Below are positions 17,064 to 26,568 of a stretch of DNA of 40,880 bases, piece after piece (position 1 is the stretch's first letter; each line of letters opens with the position of its first letter). The notes beneath the pieces are model-generated. The model was not told the DNA's origin, searched no databases, and was given only the letters and a program-made list of their open reading frames with translations. This DNA comes from a virus (lineage: Duplodnaviria > Caudoviricetes): positions 1 through 40,880 of the IMG/VR virus record IMGVR_UViG_3300043748_000009. The stretch is one strand, 5' to 3'. A program made the translations under genes and the position numbers.

Positions 17064-20000
17064 TTAGCGTCGATAAGCAGCCCAGGTCTGGGAGTTGCGC
17101 GCACCGTGGCGAGCCATGACCGTCTGAATCGTGTCCGTCAGGTCTCGGTCTGCCAGTACGGAGCCTTCAACGTGGACGTTGACAACTACCGTTTGCCCGC
17201 CTGCGCTGCTCGCGCTACCGCTGAGGCTAGGCACCTTCGTACCCGCCAGCACAGCGCCGGACATGCGGTCCGCAGCGCTCTTCACGTCACGGTTGCCAGC
17301 GTCGATGCCGTTGACTAGACCGGACGTGACGAACTGCCCGATTTCATGGAACAGACGCGAAGGCGAGTGGATACCCAGCGCCTTTTTGATCTGCGTTTCC
17401 ATGCTCTTGGCAATCTTCAACATCTGCTTGTCAATGGCCTTTTCCTGGGACTGAAGCCCCTTGATCAGACCCTTGGCAGCGTTGATGCCAGTCCCGTACA
17501 TACCGTCAGCCACGCCAGCGCCCACACCGTTAGCAGCAGAGGACATCTGGGTTTGCAGGTTGTTTAGCTGCTTGATCTGCGAGGCATTCGCCGAAGCGAG
17601 CGCACGCGCAGTTTCGCCGCCACCATCAACACCAGCATCCGCAATCTGCTTGATCAGGTCAGCGCGTAGACCCTTCTTAGCGAGTTCCTTCAACTCACCT
17701 GCGAAGGCTTCAGCCCTAGCCACCTGACCGCGCATGTTGTCGAGCACGTTGTCAGCAGTCAGCGCGATATCCGGCGTCTGGCTCGTCGTGACAACGCTGG
17801 CGCTGCTCATGATGTTCTTGGCCACGTCAGCCTGAACCTTGCCCCACTCCTTTTGGAGATTGGCTAGGTTCTTCTGAGCAGCCTTGATACGAGCGGCATC
17901 CGCAACGCGCTGGTTGGCTAGGCGGTCGAGTGCCTTGCCCTCACGACTGACGTACGACTCAAGCTTGCCGATGGACTTTTCATGCTGCTTGATCCATCCG
18001 CCGTATCCGCGCGCTGCCTTCGTGCCGACCATGTCAGCAAGACGGTTCTTCGCGGATATGAGCAGCGTCTCAGTGTGCTTGATGGCGCTGTCCACCTTGG
18101 AGCGCGAGCCAGTCAGACCCTGCTCAAGGCCAAGGTGAATCCAGGTGCCCAGCGAGCGGAACACCTTCGAAGGGGAAGCAATCCCTAGCGCGTCGCTGAA
18201 GTGCTTCACCATGCCGGTAGCCGTGTCGGTCACCGCAGAGTGGGCAGCGTCGGCATTCGAGCGGACGCCTTCGGCAATACCGTGGGGAATCCACTTACCG
18301 ACTTCGTCTCGGAAGACGCGCGAAGGCGAGTTGATACCCAGGATGGACTTAGCGGCATTCTTCAGTCCGCCTGCCACGTCCTTTACGGCGTTCCATGCGG
18401 CAGAAGCCATGTTCTTCACACCGTTGATGAGACCCTGAATCAGGTCCTTACCAGCGCTGTAGAGCATCGAGCCGAAGTTAGATGCCACATTCTTGATCAG
18501 CGAGACAATGTCAGAGAAGCCCTGGGAAACCAGGTGCTTCATATCCTGCCAAGCCTTGCCCCAGTGCCCCGTAAGAATGTCGATCAGGACACCGAACAGG
18601 TTCAGGACGAAGTGGAATCCGGTCTGCACAGCGCCGGATATCAGCGCCCATGCCGTCTTCACTACGCCGGAAATGATGTCCCAACCGACCTTGAAGACGG
18701 TCTGTAGCTCACCAATTCCGACCTTGAGGAATCCCCAAACAGCGTCAGCCGCTAGCTTTATCTGCTTCCAGAGCAAATCCCAGGTCTGGGACAGCTCCTT
18801 ACTGTGACCCTTCCACCAGGATGAAAAGTCTTTCATCCGGTCGTTGACCCACTTGAGGACATTGTCATTGAACCACTTGGCAATTCCGTGAATTACCTTC
18901 ATCGTGGCGTCCCATGCGGTCGAGAGCCAGCCAAGCACGGCATGCCAAACCGTCTTTAGGGTTCCCGCCACACCAGGGATTTCAGCCTTGATCCATCCCC
19001 AAACGCTCTTCCACTTCGCGATGAGCAGCACCAGGCCAGCAATCAGCGCCATGACGCCAACGACGATCCACGTAACGGGGTTCGCCAGAATCGCAGCAGT
19101 GAAGTTCCATGCCGCTACCGCAGCAGCAGCAAGGCCAATGGTCAGCATGCCGCCAATGACGCCAGCCAGCACCATCACCGCTGTCTTGTGCTTCGTCAGC
19201 CAGGTGACGCTAGATGCGAGCCAGCCAACGAACTTCGTGGCGTACGGCAGCAGCGCTTGACCAATCTTGATGCCGACAGCTTCGACAGCGCCCTTAGCTT
19301 CGGCCATGCGCTGGTTGAAGGTCTTCTGAACGTCGGCCCAACCCTCAATACTCTTGCCACCCTTCTTGACGTGGTCGGCAATGCCAGCCACGTTGGCCTT
19401 GAAGGTGGACATGTGCGAGCCAGTGAGCTGAAGCGCGCCCATCATGGACTTGGTACCGCCAACCATGGTGGCCAGCGCGCCAATGTACGTCTTCTGTGAC
19501 CCGCTCATCTTCTGAAGCGCGCCGTTGAAGTCCTTTGAGTTCTTCGATGCCTTTTGCAGCGTCGAGATAAGGACCGTACCGTCAGGGCCCATCTTGTTCT
19601 TGATGGCGGTTGTCAGGGTGTCCAGCGTGGCAGCGAGACCCTTGGAACCGAGTTCCTTGGACACGTCTACGGCGCTGAGCCCTAGACCCTTCATCGTGGC
19701 AGCAGCCTTGGCCGAAGGGTTCGATAGCTGACCGATGGTCTGTCGCAGGTAGGTCGCTGCAACGTCCGCGCTGGTGCCCTGGGCGGTCATGGTGGCCATG
19801 GCGCCTAGGACTTCGTTCAGACCCACGTGAGCCGCTGAGGCAACCGGCAGAATGCTCGCCATGCTGCCCGCTAGGGCTTCCATATTGGTCTTGCCCTCAG
19901 CCTCAGTCGCAACCAATGCGTTCATGGTTGGGACAGCGTCCTTAGCGGACATGTGATAGGCGTTCAGGGCCGTAGTCACGGCGTCCGTGACGGTCGATAG

Positions 20001-20435
20001 GTCAGCGGCACCAACCTTGGCACCCATGGCCGAAACCTTGAGTACGTTCAGCGCGTCAGCGCCGTGGAAGCCTGCCGACTCGACCATGTACAGGCCGGAC
20101 GTAAGGTCCTTTGTGCTCTGACCAACCTGGCCAGCCATGGTGAGGACCCCGTTAGAGACAAGGGTCATGTTCTTCGCAGCTTCGCCAGCACCCGTGCGAA
20201 CACGAGTCATCTGGGTCTGGAAATCAGCCGCCATGTGCACTGTCTTCACAGCGGCGACAGCAGCAGCAACGCCAATACCCATCAGGGCGCCCTTGCCAAC
20301 GGCGCCGAGTTTGGCCATGTTGCTGCCGCCTTCGGCTTCAACAGACTTCAACTCTGTCTTTACGCCGCGCGCTGTGGTCATGAAGCCAGTGGACTTGCCG
20401 AGAAACTCAATGAATACAGGTGGCAGCGCACCCAC
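17064..20435 (-). CDS. Tape measure protein
   Basis: 1123 aa, Ala/Gly-rich helical, TP901-type core, Trp-spaced repeats, three LGIxSPS(R/K)xF motifs. Confidence 0.95.
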   Translation of the reverse strand: MGALPPVFIEFLGKSTGFMTTARGVKTELKSVEAEGGSNMAKLGAVGKGALMGIGVAAAVAAVKTVHMAADFQTQMTRVRTGAGEAAKNMTLVSNGVLTMAGQVGQSTKDLTSGLYMVESAGFHGADALNVLKVSAMGAKVGAADLSTVTDAVTTALNAYHMSAKDAVPTMNALVATEAEGKTNMEALAGSMASILPVASAAHVGLNEVLGAMATMTAQGTSADVAATYLRQTIGQLSNPSAKAAATMKGLGLSAVDVSKELGSKGLAATLDTLTTAIKNKMGPDGTVLISTLQKASKNSKDFNGALQKMSGSQKTYIGALATMVGGTKSMMGALQLTGSHMSTFKANVAGIADHVKKGGKSIEGWADVQKTFNQRMAEAKGAVEAVGIKIGQALLPYATKFVGWLASSVTWLTKHKTAVMVLAGVIGGMLTIGLAAAAVAAWNFTAAILANPVTWIVVGVMALIAGLVLLIAKWKSVWGWIKAEIPGVAGTLKTVWHAVLGWLSTAWDATMKVIHGIAKWFNDNVLKWVNDRMKDFSSWWKGHSKELSQTWDLLWKQIKLAADAVWGFLKVGIGELQTVFKVGWDIISGVVKTAWALISGAVQTGFHFVLNLFGVLIDILTGHWGKAWQDMKHLVSQGFSDIVSLIKNVASNFGSMLYSAGKDLIQGLINGVKNMASAAWNAVKDVAGGLKNAAKSILGINSPSRVFRDEVGKWIPHGIAEGVRSNADAAHSAVTDTATGMVKHFSDALGIASPSKVFRSLGTWIHLGLEQGLTGSRSKVDSAIKHTETLLISAKNRLADMVGTKAARGYGGWIKQHEKSIGKLESYVSREGKALDRLANQRVADAARIKAAQKNLANLQKEWGKVQADVAKNIMSSASVVTTSQTPDIALTADNVLDNMRGQVARAEAFAGELKELAKKGLRADLIKQIADAGVDGGGETARALASANASQIKQLNNLQTQMSSAANGVGAGVADGMYGTGINAAKGLIKGLQSQEKAIDKQMLKIAKSMETQIKKALGIHSPSRLFHEIGQFVTSGLVNGIDAGNRDVKSAADRMSGAVLAGTKVPSLSGSASSAGGQTVVVNVHVEGSVLADRDLTDTIQTVMARHGARNSQTWAAYRR

Positions 20436-20450
20436 GGTCTACCTCCCTAC

Positions 20451-20472
20451 CACATACGGATATCCGTAGGTG
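20451..20472. promoter_or_regulatory. 22-bp operator-like palindrome
   Basis: CACATACGGATATCCGTAGGTG just upstream of tape measure RBS. Confidence 0.8.
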
Positions 20473-20473
20473 C

Positions 20474-20959
20474 TCACTTGTTCTTCACCGCTGACCCCCA
20501 TGCCGCTTCAAAGATGGCTCGCACCTTGGGAGTTGCCTTGTCTACGCCAGGCTTGAAGTACGGGAATTTGCCTTCGATGGTCGCCTTATAGCGGTTCTGG
20601 TATCCGCCATCACCGCCGGACATGACCACCTGCGAATAGGCGCCAGCACCTTCAAGGCGTGGCTTGCGGCTCTTCCGAATCGAGCGGTAAAGGCTTCCGG
20701 TTAGCTGACCGGGGCCACCATTGCGCCGGATCACGTGCGGATTGCGGTTGAGATTCACGCCAATCTGGCCGGATACCTTGTCACGGCCCTTGCGGTCCCA
20801 GCGCGGTTCGCCACGCATGCCGCCCCGGATTCGCGTTCGCGTGTAGGAGGTTGCCTTACCCAGCGCTTTGCGCGTGCCTTCGTTGGTAGCGAGTACCTTT
20901 CGATCTAGCGAAGCGCTAACCTCCCGAATCCCCTTGATGGCTACGCCGAAATCATCCAT
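20474..20959 (-). CDS. HK97 gp10-like tail component
   Basis: IKGIREV, TGSLYRSI, PYFKPG motifs; basic protein. Confidence 0.7.
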   Translation of the reverse strand: MDDFGVAIKGIREVSASLDRKVLATNEGTRKALGKATSYTRTRIRGGMRGEPRWDRKGRDKVSGQIGVNLNRNPHVIRRNGGPGQLTGSLYRSIRKSRKPRLEGAGAYSQVVMSGGDGGYQNRYKATIEGKFPYFKPGVDKATPKVRAIFEAAWGSAVKNK

Positions 20960-21181
20960 TGGAACGCTCCTCTACGATCTTTCGAGCTTTCTCAACGGCG
21001 TCATCTACGGCCAGTAGCCAGTCAAGGGACACAGCGGATTCCCCATCAAGGTCGGACGGGCGACAATGCAGCAGTGTGCAGAGTCGCCACGTCCGGTATT
21101 CCTCGCTGGGGATCTCGTCCGCTGTGTAGTTACTCCCACCCTTGTGAGAGAGAGCCTCCGTTAGGCGACGGAGGCCACGGA
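20952..21181 (-). CDS. gpT-like frameshift extension of tail assembly chaperone
   Basis: Open -1 frame (FRGLRRLTEAL...LCTLLHCRPSDL...ERSNG) overlapping chaperone end, no convincing start of its own. Confidence 0.7.
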
Positions 21182-21592
21182 AGGGGACGCAGGGTCCGGG
21201 GACGGCTCGAAGTCAGGGTTTAGCTGCGCCAGGTACGGGGAGACAGCAGCGCGAAGCGCGTCTAGGTCTCGGCCCGGTAGATCCTGCACGGCGTCAGCGC
21301 TGACGACGAAGCCGTAAGACCAGCCAGCCACCATGGCAGCGACTAGCGCGTCATTCAGCTCTTCGAGCAGATCGAAGGCTTCGCCCATACCGGCCGCAAT
21401 CTTCAGTTGCTGGTCCGGGGTCAGCTCAGTGCCGTTGCCCTGGGCTTCAGCTTCCTTGACCGCGCTGACGAACGCCGGAAGACCAGCAAGCTTCGTCTGA
21501 ATGCGCTTGATGGGGCGACGCTGGCGCTCGGTCACGTCAGCAACCTCACGGATGTCAGCGGTAGCGCCGGAAGGAAGGGTCAGATGCTGCAT
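21161..21592 (-). CDS. Tail assembly chaperone (gpG-like)
   Basis: Immediately follows major tail gene; ends next to candidate slippery site. Confidence 0.8.
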   Translation of the reverse strand: MQHLTLPSGATADIREVADVTERQRRPIKRIQTKLAGLPAFVSAVKEAEAQGNGTELTPDQQLKIAAGMGEAFDLLEELNDALVAAMVAGWSYGFVVSADAVQDLPGRDLDALRAAVSPYLAQLNPDFEPSPDPASPSVASVA

Positions 21593-22557
21593 TACTTGTA
21601 CGTCCCGGAAGTCACGGCATTCTGAACGGTCACCTTGATGGGGCTGTAACCGCCGGAAGTACCTACGTCAGTGATGTTCGCAATGGCAGTCCACGTGATC
21701 GGAACTTCCACGTAGTCCTTGCCTCGCGTAACGTCCGCAGCGCTGATAGCACACTTGGACATGTGTAGCTTGAGCTGAACGGCCGAAGCGCCAGTACCAG
21801 CACTGAAGTTGAAGTCAACCGCAGGCTTGACGTTCGTCAGGTAGTTAGTCAGCTGGGTGTCATCTTCCATGATCAGAGTGGCCTTACCGTCCACCTGAAC
21901 AGGGCCGGACCACAGCGACGCAGGCGCCTGGGAACCGTCGATAGCGTTGATGACAGTCACGGTGCGCTTGATGGTGACCTCACCATCGATCACGCCAGCC
22001 TGGGTAACTCCGCCAATCTGCACGGCACCCGTCCAACCAACCATGGGCGGAACGGCCGTGAAAGACGTGGTCGGAGCAGCCGCAGTGACAGACCCAAAAG
22101 TCGTGGTCTTCGCGCTGTAGGTCAGAAGACCATCATCCGTGAACTTGAAGCCAACCTCAGAGAACTTGGCCGAAGCGTACTGCCGGTTTCCAGCGACGTA
22201 GTTGTCATTGAGCGTGTACGTCGGAGGCTGGCCGGTACCGCTGTTCAGCACAGAGAAGTTATGCGTGTACGGGGCGCTGGCGCCGGTGGTCGTGACGTCA
22301 CCCAGAATGCCAGCGAGCGCGAAACCAACGGTGTCCGGGAACACGTCGCCGTCATAGTCGAGAGTGCCGTACAGCGTGCCAGCAATCTCGTCATAGACGT
22401 CAGTGAAGCTTCCCCGGTAACCCTTGTCCTGTAGAAGGGTCAGGTTGTCCTTCGGGGTGATCTGGGTAACCGGAATGAAGTTGGTGGACGCAACCGGGGT
22501 GCCCGGGGTCGTCTCCTTCGCAATTCCGAGGAACGATAGCTGTGTTGCCTTGGGCAT
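21592..22557 (-). CDS. Major tail (tube) protein
   Basis: FLGIAKETTPGT N-terminus, 321 aa beta-rich, position. Confidence 0.88.
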   Translation of the reverse strand: MPKATQLSFLGIAKETTPGTPVASTNFIPVTQITPKDNLTLLQDKGYRGSFTDVYDEIAGTLYGTLDYDGDVFPDTVGFALAGILGDVTTTGASAPYTHNFSVLNSGTGQPPTYTLNDNYVAGNRQYASAKFSEVGFKFTDDGLLTYSAKTTTFGSVTAAAPTTSFTAVPPMVGWTGAVQIGGVTQAGVIDGEVTIKRTVTVINAIDGSQAPASLWSGPVQVDGKATLIMEDDTQLTNYLTNVKPAVDFNFSAGTGASAVQLKLHMSKCAISAADVTRGKDYVEVPITWTAIANITDVGTSGGYSPIKVTVQNAVTSGTYK

Positions 22558-22763
22558 TAGTTGCCAACCTCCGGGACGTCAGCGGGCGCAGGCGCAGGGG
22601 CGACCGGCGCAGGGGAAGGGGTGGAAACCGGCGCAGAGCCCTTCGGCTGGAAGCGACCGTCACCAGGGTCAGAGTCAAGCGTCACAACGTCGCCAGGCTT
22701 CACGTCCAGCGAGAATGACGGGTAATAGCGCTCGTCCGCGCCTGTGTACGTGAAGTCAGGCAT
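22557..22763 (-). CDS. Small virion-region hypothetical protein, 68 aa
   Basis: TAATG coupling on both sides; Pro/Ala-rich tail. Confidence 0.75.
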   Translation of the reverse strand: MPDFTYTGADERYYPSFSLDVKPGDVVTLDSDPGDGRFQPKGSAPVSTPSPAPVAPAPAPADVPEVGN

Positions 22764-23230
22764 TAGATCCTCGTTACGCACTCGATTTCGAGATTTACAG
22801 TGGCGCGCTTACCACCATGCTCGGAGTCCCATTCGACTTCGGCGTCATCGCTCTTCGGCTGTGACTTGATGACGTGGCCACCTAGGGTCAAGTCGCTTCG
22901 CACGATGGCGATTACGGCGTTAGCTAGGTCCATGGCGCGCTGATAGGCAACCTGGCCAGAGTCAGCGGCGCGGAATACGTCGATGGTGACTTCAACGGTG
23001 TATGACTCGTCAAGCCAGCCAGCGCCCCCGCCGCCGATCATTGATCCCACGCTGAGCTGACGCCGGACACGGCCAATGGCCACGATGTCATCAGGCTCGT
23101 TCGGGCCAGGCTGGTCAAAGCAGACGAGCAGCGAAGCGCGGGTGTTTACCGGGTCGGGGGCGAGTCCGGCCGTGGCCTGATCGAAGAGCCACTGTCGGAC
23201 CGCTGGGGCCGTAGAACTCGGAATGGTCAT
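22763..23230 (-). CDS. Tail terminator/completion-like protein
   Basis: Position before major tail; D.TLGG.V motif; ATGA overlap at 23230. Confidence 0.7.
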   Translation of the reverse strand: MTIPSSTAPAVRQWLFDQATAGLAPDPVNTRASLLVCFDQPGPNEPDDIVAIGRVRRQLSVGSMIGGGGAGWLDESYTVEVTIDVFRAADSGQVAYQRAMDLANAVIAIVRSDLTLGGHVIKSQPKSDDAEVEWDSEHGGKRATVNLEIECVTRI

Positions 23231-24117
23231 GCAATCCCCGGACCCCGGTAGAGCGGTTGCCATAGCTCAAGCACGCGTGACGGAATGGCAAAGCCAGTGG
23301 GAATCACTGCCTCACCACCGTCATAGGCGCCAGCGTTGAACTTCGGGCGCCCGCCACCCTGCTGCGTCATCTGCCATAGGTGCCGGATCAGTTCCAGCAC
23401 ACCCAGGCGCACGGTCCACGGGACAGAGCCAGCGCGACCGGCGGTGTACACAACCTTGACGTTCTTCGTGCCGAAGGCGAATGCCGCAGCGTCACCGCCC
23501 AGGGTGCGCCGAGTGAGTACGCCCGTGTTGTAGTCCACGGTGTACGCGAAAGCGTTCGTCTGCCCGCCTAGCGGCTGCTCGGTCAGCGGGAAGGCTGATA
23601 GCCCGTAGTACTCCGTGACGCTTAGCACGGTGGCGACCGGCGCGAAGGCAGGCGCGATGCTGGATACCCCGCCATCGAAGAACTCAGTGTGAGTTTCCGG
23701 GATGAACGGGCCACAGTGGTTACGGGCCAATTCGCCTGCCGCAAGGATGAAGCCCTGTAGTTCGTCATCCTGCCGGTTGTCCGTGGGCGGGATGTTCAGG
23801 TGAGCCTTGACGCTCGGTAGGTCTACAAGCTGTTCGATGCCCGCAGGGCGCACCTGAAACTGAGTCTCAGATGTCCAGTTGACCCCGGTACCGGTGGCAG
23901 TCCAGCGAACCAGCCAGACACCAGGGGTCGAAACGGTGGCCACAACGGCGCTGTACGCCCCGCTGACGGGCCCGGACACCGTAGGGGTACTGGGAGACCC
24001 GGAAGGGTCCGTGACGGTCAGAGAGACGTTCACAGCGCCACTGACGGGGTTACCGCTGTCATCTAGCGGGTTAGCCGTAAGAGCGACGTCCTGACCCGCG
24101 AAGTAGATCAGCGGCAT
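23227..24117 (-). CDS. Head-tail adaptor (gp6/gp15-like) with extra N-terminal Ig-like domain
   Basis: LVDLPSVKAHLNI..DDEL..I.AA and VP..V..GVLELI.H.W adaptor motifs start after about 95 aa of beta-rich sequence. Confidence 0.8.
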   Translation of the reverse strand: MPLIYFAGQDVALTANPLDDSGNPVSGAVNVSLTVTDPSGSPSTPTVSGPVSGAYSAVVATVSTPGVWLVRWTATGTGVNWTSETQFQVRPAGIEQLVDLPSVKAHLNIPPTDNRQDDELQGFILAAGELARNHCGPFIPETHTEFFDGGVSSIAPAFAPVATVLSVTEYYGLSAFPLTEQPLGGQTNAFAYTVDYNTGVLTRRTLGGDAAAFAFGTKNVKVVYTAGRAGSVPWTVRLGVLELIRHLWQMTQQGGGRPKFNAGAYDGGEAVIPTGFAIPSRVLELWQPLYRGPGIA

Positions 24118-24125
24118 GGCTCCCC

Positions 24126-24377
24126 CTAGCCTTCGGTGTCAGCCGAAGCCTTCGCAGCACGCTTAGGCTTGTTGGCCAGCGCGTCAGTTGCAGCCTGCTT
24201 GGACTCTTCGAGTAGTTCGCGCGTCCGCTCGCTGAGCTTCGCAGCGTCAACCTTGTTCATCTCGTCAAGCGCCCACTGAAGCTCAGTGCGGGCAACTGCC
24301 TCACGAGCCTTGTCCTTGTTGGCCTGGGCGAATCCGATTTCATCGACAAGCCCAACGGCGTAGTTGATGGGGTTCAT
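24126..24377 (-). CDS. Hypothetical helical protein after capsid gene
   Basis: GAGAGG RBS, 83 aa. Confidence 0.75.
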   Translation of the reverse strand: MNPINYAVGLVDEIGFAQANKDKAREAVARTELQWALDEMNKVDAAKLSERTRELLEESKQAATDALANKPKRAAKASADTEG

Positions 24378-24421
24378 GGTTCCTCTCTTCGTCAGAAATG
24401 GGCCGGAGCAAGGGCCCGGGG

Positions 24422-24443
24422 CACATACGGAAATCCGTAGGTG
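24422..24443. promoter_or_regulatory. 22-bp operator-like palindrome
   Basis: CACATACGGAAATCCGTAGGTG right after capsid stop, GC flanks. Confidence 0.8.
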
Positions 24444-24466
24444 ACCCCAGACCCTTACAGGCTCAC

Positions 24467-25804
24467 TTAGAAGGTGGGCGGAACCAGACCCGCACCCGAG
24501 ATCACAGAAAGCGACTTCGGGAACCGAGCAGGCTGGAACGACATGTAGTTGTACAGCCGCACGAAAACCGAAAGCTGGTTAGCGTACGTCTGGGCGAACG
24601 CCTCAGCCTTGACGTTGCCCTCCCAGGCAACCAGGTCAGCGAAGCGACCGACAATCACGGTGTCCTGGTTGGTGCCAGCGCCACCGTTGGTGGGGATCAG
24701 CGCGTCGACGTAGACCGGCAGACCCTGAATGGTGCCCACGTAGCCCTGAGAGACAACGCCAGCGTCAGTGCCTAGCGCGTTCATCGGAGAGTTGGCGTTC
24801 GGGACGATCAGCGGGCGGTTTGAGCTGTCCACGGACGCGAGCAGCGAAGCCCAGCGGCGCGGGTGCATGATGATCGTGTCCGGCGGGAGGAATCGGTTCG
24901 TGTGAACCTGCTGAATCGCGTTGGCGATAGCCGAGTACAGGCCAACGGCCGTAGTGGCAGTGATGGCCACAGCGTTGGTACCCGAGAGGGTAAGCAGGCC
25001 GGTCGGGTTACCACCGGTGCCGGAACCGCTCAGAACCAGGGTGTTGTACTGCTGAGCGTAGGCCGCAGCAAGGTCGCCCAGGATGATGTCATCAACGTTC
25101 AGCGGCGACTGCTCGATGAGCTGAAGCGAAACGGTCTGGCCACCCGCAACGGTCGTCACGGTGGACGAAATCGAAGTGGTGCTCAGGTCGGTCTGCTGAA
25201 TCGCAGTGTTCTGGGTGCCCTGAACGGCAACGGCGGTACCGGTCGCAACCTTCGGGATGCTCAGCGAGTCGGTTCCAGCCGGTAGAGCCTGGGTCGGAAC
25301 CAGGTTGCCAGTGATGCGGCCCGGACGGGCAAGCTTCACGAACTGCTGCTCAAGCCAGACCGGAGGAACGAACTCGCCACCAGCACCATTGACGGTGGTC
25401 AGCGCACGCTGTTCAGCCGCACGGCCCTTGTTGTTCCGCTGTAGTCGGTCCATGGCGTCCCGGTCGCCGTTCTGGCGCGCGTTCCACATGTCGCGGAAGT
25501 AGGACTGACCGCCCAGGCCGGAACGGTAGATCTCAGGCTCAGAGGTAACGGTGACCCCGGAAGCCTTCGGCGCGTAGCGCTTCGCCATCTCGGCCGCAGC
25601 GTCATCAGCGCGCACCTGGGCGTCAAGCTCCTTGACTCGCTCGTCCATCGAACGAATCTCAGCCTCACCAGCGTCGAAAGCGGCGCGCTGCTCGTCGGTC
25701 ATGCCACCCTCAGCGGTGCGAGCCTCAGCAAGAATGCCGTCAAGCTCATCGCGCTTCGCGGAACGCTGGGTGACCAGGTCAGAAATCAGGGAACGCTTGT
25801 CCAC
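24467..25804 (-). CDS. Major capsid protein, HK97 fold with delta domain
   Basis: N-terminal coiled coil, GGEFVP, GSGTG.NP.GLL, IIMHP..W, IQGLPV. Confidence 0.95.
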   Translation of the reverse strand: MDKRSLISDLVTQRSAKRDELDGILAEARTAEGGMTDEQRAAFDAGEAEIRSMDERVKELDAQVRADDAAAEMAKRYAPKASGVTVTSEPEIYRSGLGGQSYFRDMWNARQNGDRDAMDRLQRNNKGRAAEQRALTTVNGAGGEFVPPVWLEQQFVKLARPGRITGNLVPTQALPAGTDSLSIPKVATGTAVAVQGTQNTAIQQTDLSTTSISSTVTTVAGGQTVSLQLIEQSPLNVDDIILGDLAAAYAQQYNTLVLSGSGTGGNPTGLLTLSGTNAVAITATTAVGLYSAIANAIQQVHTNRFLPPDTIIMHPRRWASLLASVDSSNRPLIVPNANSPMNALGTDAGVVSQGYVGTIQGLPVYVDALIPTNGGAGTNQDTVIVGRFADLVAWEGNVKAEAFAQTYANQLSVFVRLYNYMSFQPARFPKSLSVISGAGLVPPTF

Positions 25805-25842
25805 GTGAAGGACCTTTCTGAAAGGGGATTTGGCGGGTTGCC

Positions 25843-25864
25843 CACGTACGGAAATCCGTATGTG
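25843..25864. promoter_or_regulatory. 22-bp operator-like palindrome
   Basis: CACGTACGGAAATCCGTATGTG between protease and capsid genes. Confidence 0.8.
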
Positions 25865-25869
25865 GTCCC

Positions 25870-26568
25870 TTAGAGGTGAAGGGCGCGCAACCGCGCCTCA
25901 TACAGCGAAAGATCCTCGCTGCGGGGTTCCGGCGCGTTCGGCCGGTCGGAAACCATGTCGGACAGCTCAGGAATCGAGCGCAACAGGGCTTCAAGCTGAT
26001 CCCGGGATAGCCCACCGGAAGTCAGCGCACTGCGAAGCGAAGTGAGTCCGCTGGTGTGCGGATTCGCCCCGTAGTTCACAATCGACACATCACCCTTGTT
26101 CATGTCGACTTCGGTAATGTCTCGCTGTGTCCAGTCGGGCGACCACTCCTGACGAGTCACGCGGAACGCAAAACTCATCTCGTCAAGGTCGCCACGTTCC
26201 ATGGCGCTGCGGATGTCCCGAACCTGGCCGTTGGCAGGGTCTAGGTCCGCTTCGACGTGCAGTCCGGTTGAGTCCTCAGCGAGTCGCATGGTGCCGGACT
26301 TGGTCCGGGCAAGCGTCATGCCATCGTGGTTCAACTTGAACGGGACGTCAGCGCCATCAGCCAGCGTGCGTGTGAAGGCTCCGCGCCGGACAACTTCGGA
26401 GTAGTCCCCTAGGAAGTCCTGCATTTCGTACGGAGTCTCTGTGACGCTGGCGTAGCCGGTGAATCGCAGGGCGGAACCGCCGTCGACTTCACGGAGTTCC
26501 ATACCCTCAAACGGGCGCCTGCGATCCTCGCGTATGTGTAGCTGATTACGGCTTGAAAAGTCCGTCAT
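25870..26568 (-). CDS. Prohead protease, HK97 family
   Basis: FTGYAS, GAF, LNHD, ED..GL, MSFAF, DVSIV. Confidence 0.93.
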   Translation of the reverse strand: MTDFSSRNQLHIREDRRRPFEGMELREVDGGSALRFTGYASVTETPYEMQDFLGDYSEVVRRGAFTRTLADGADVPFKLNHDGMTLARTKSGTMRLAEDSTGLHVEADLDPANGQVRDIRSAMERGDLDEMSFAFRVTRQEWSPDWTQRDITEVDMNKGDVSIVNYGANPHTSGLTSLRSALTSGGLSRDQLEALLRSIPELSDMVSDRPNAPEPRSEDLSLYEARLRALHL

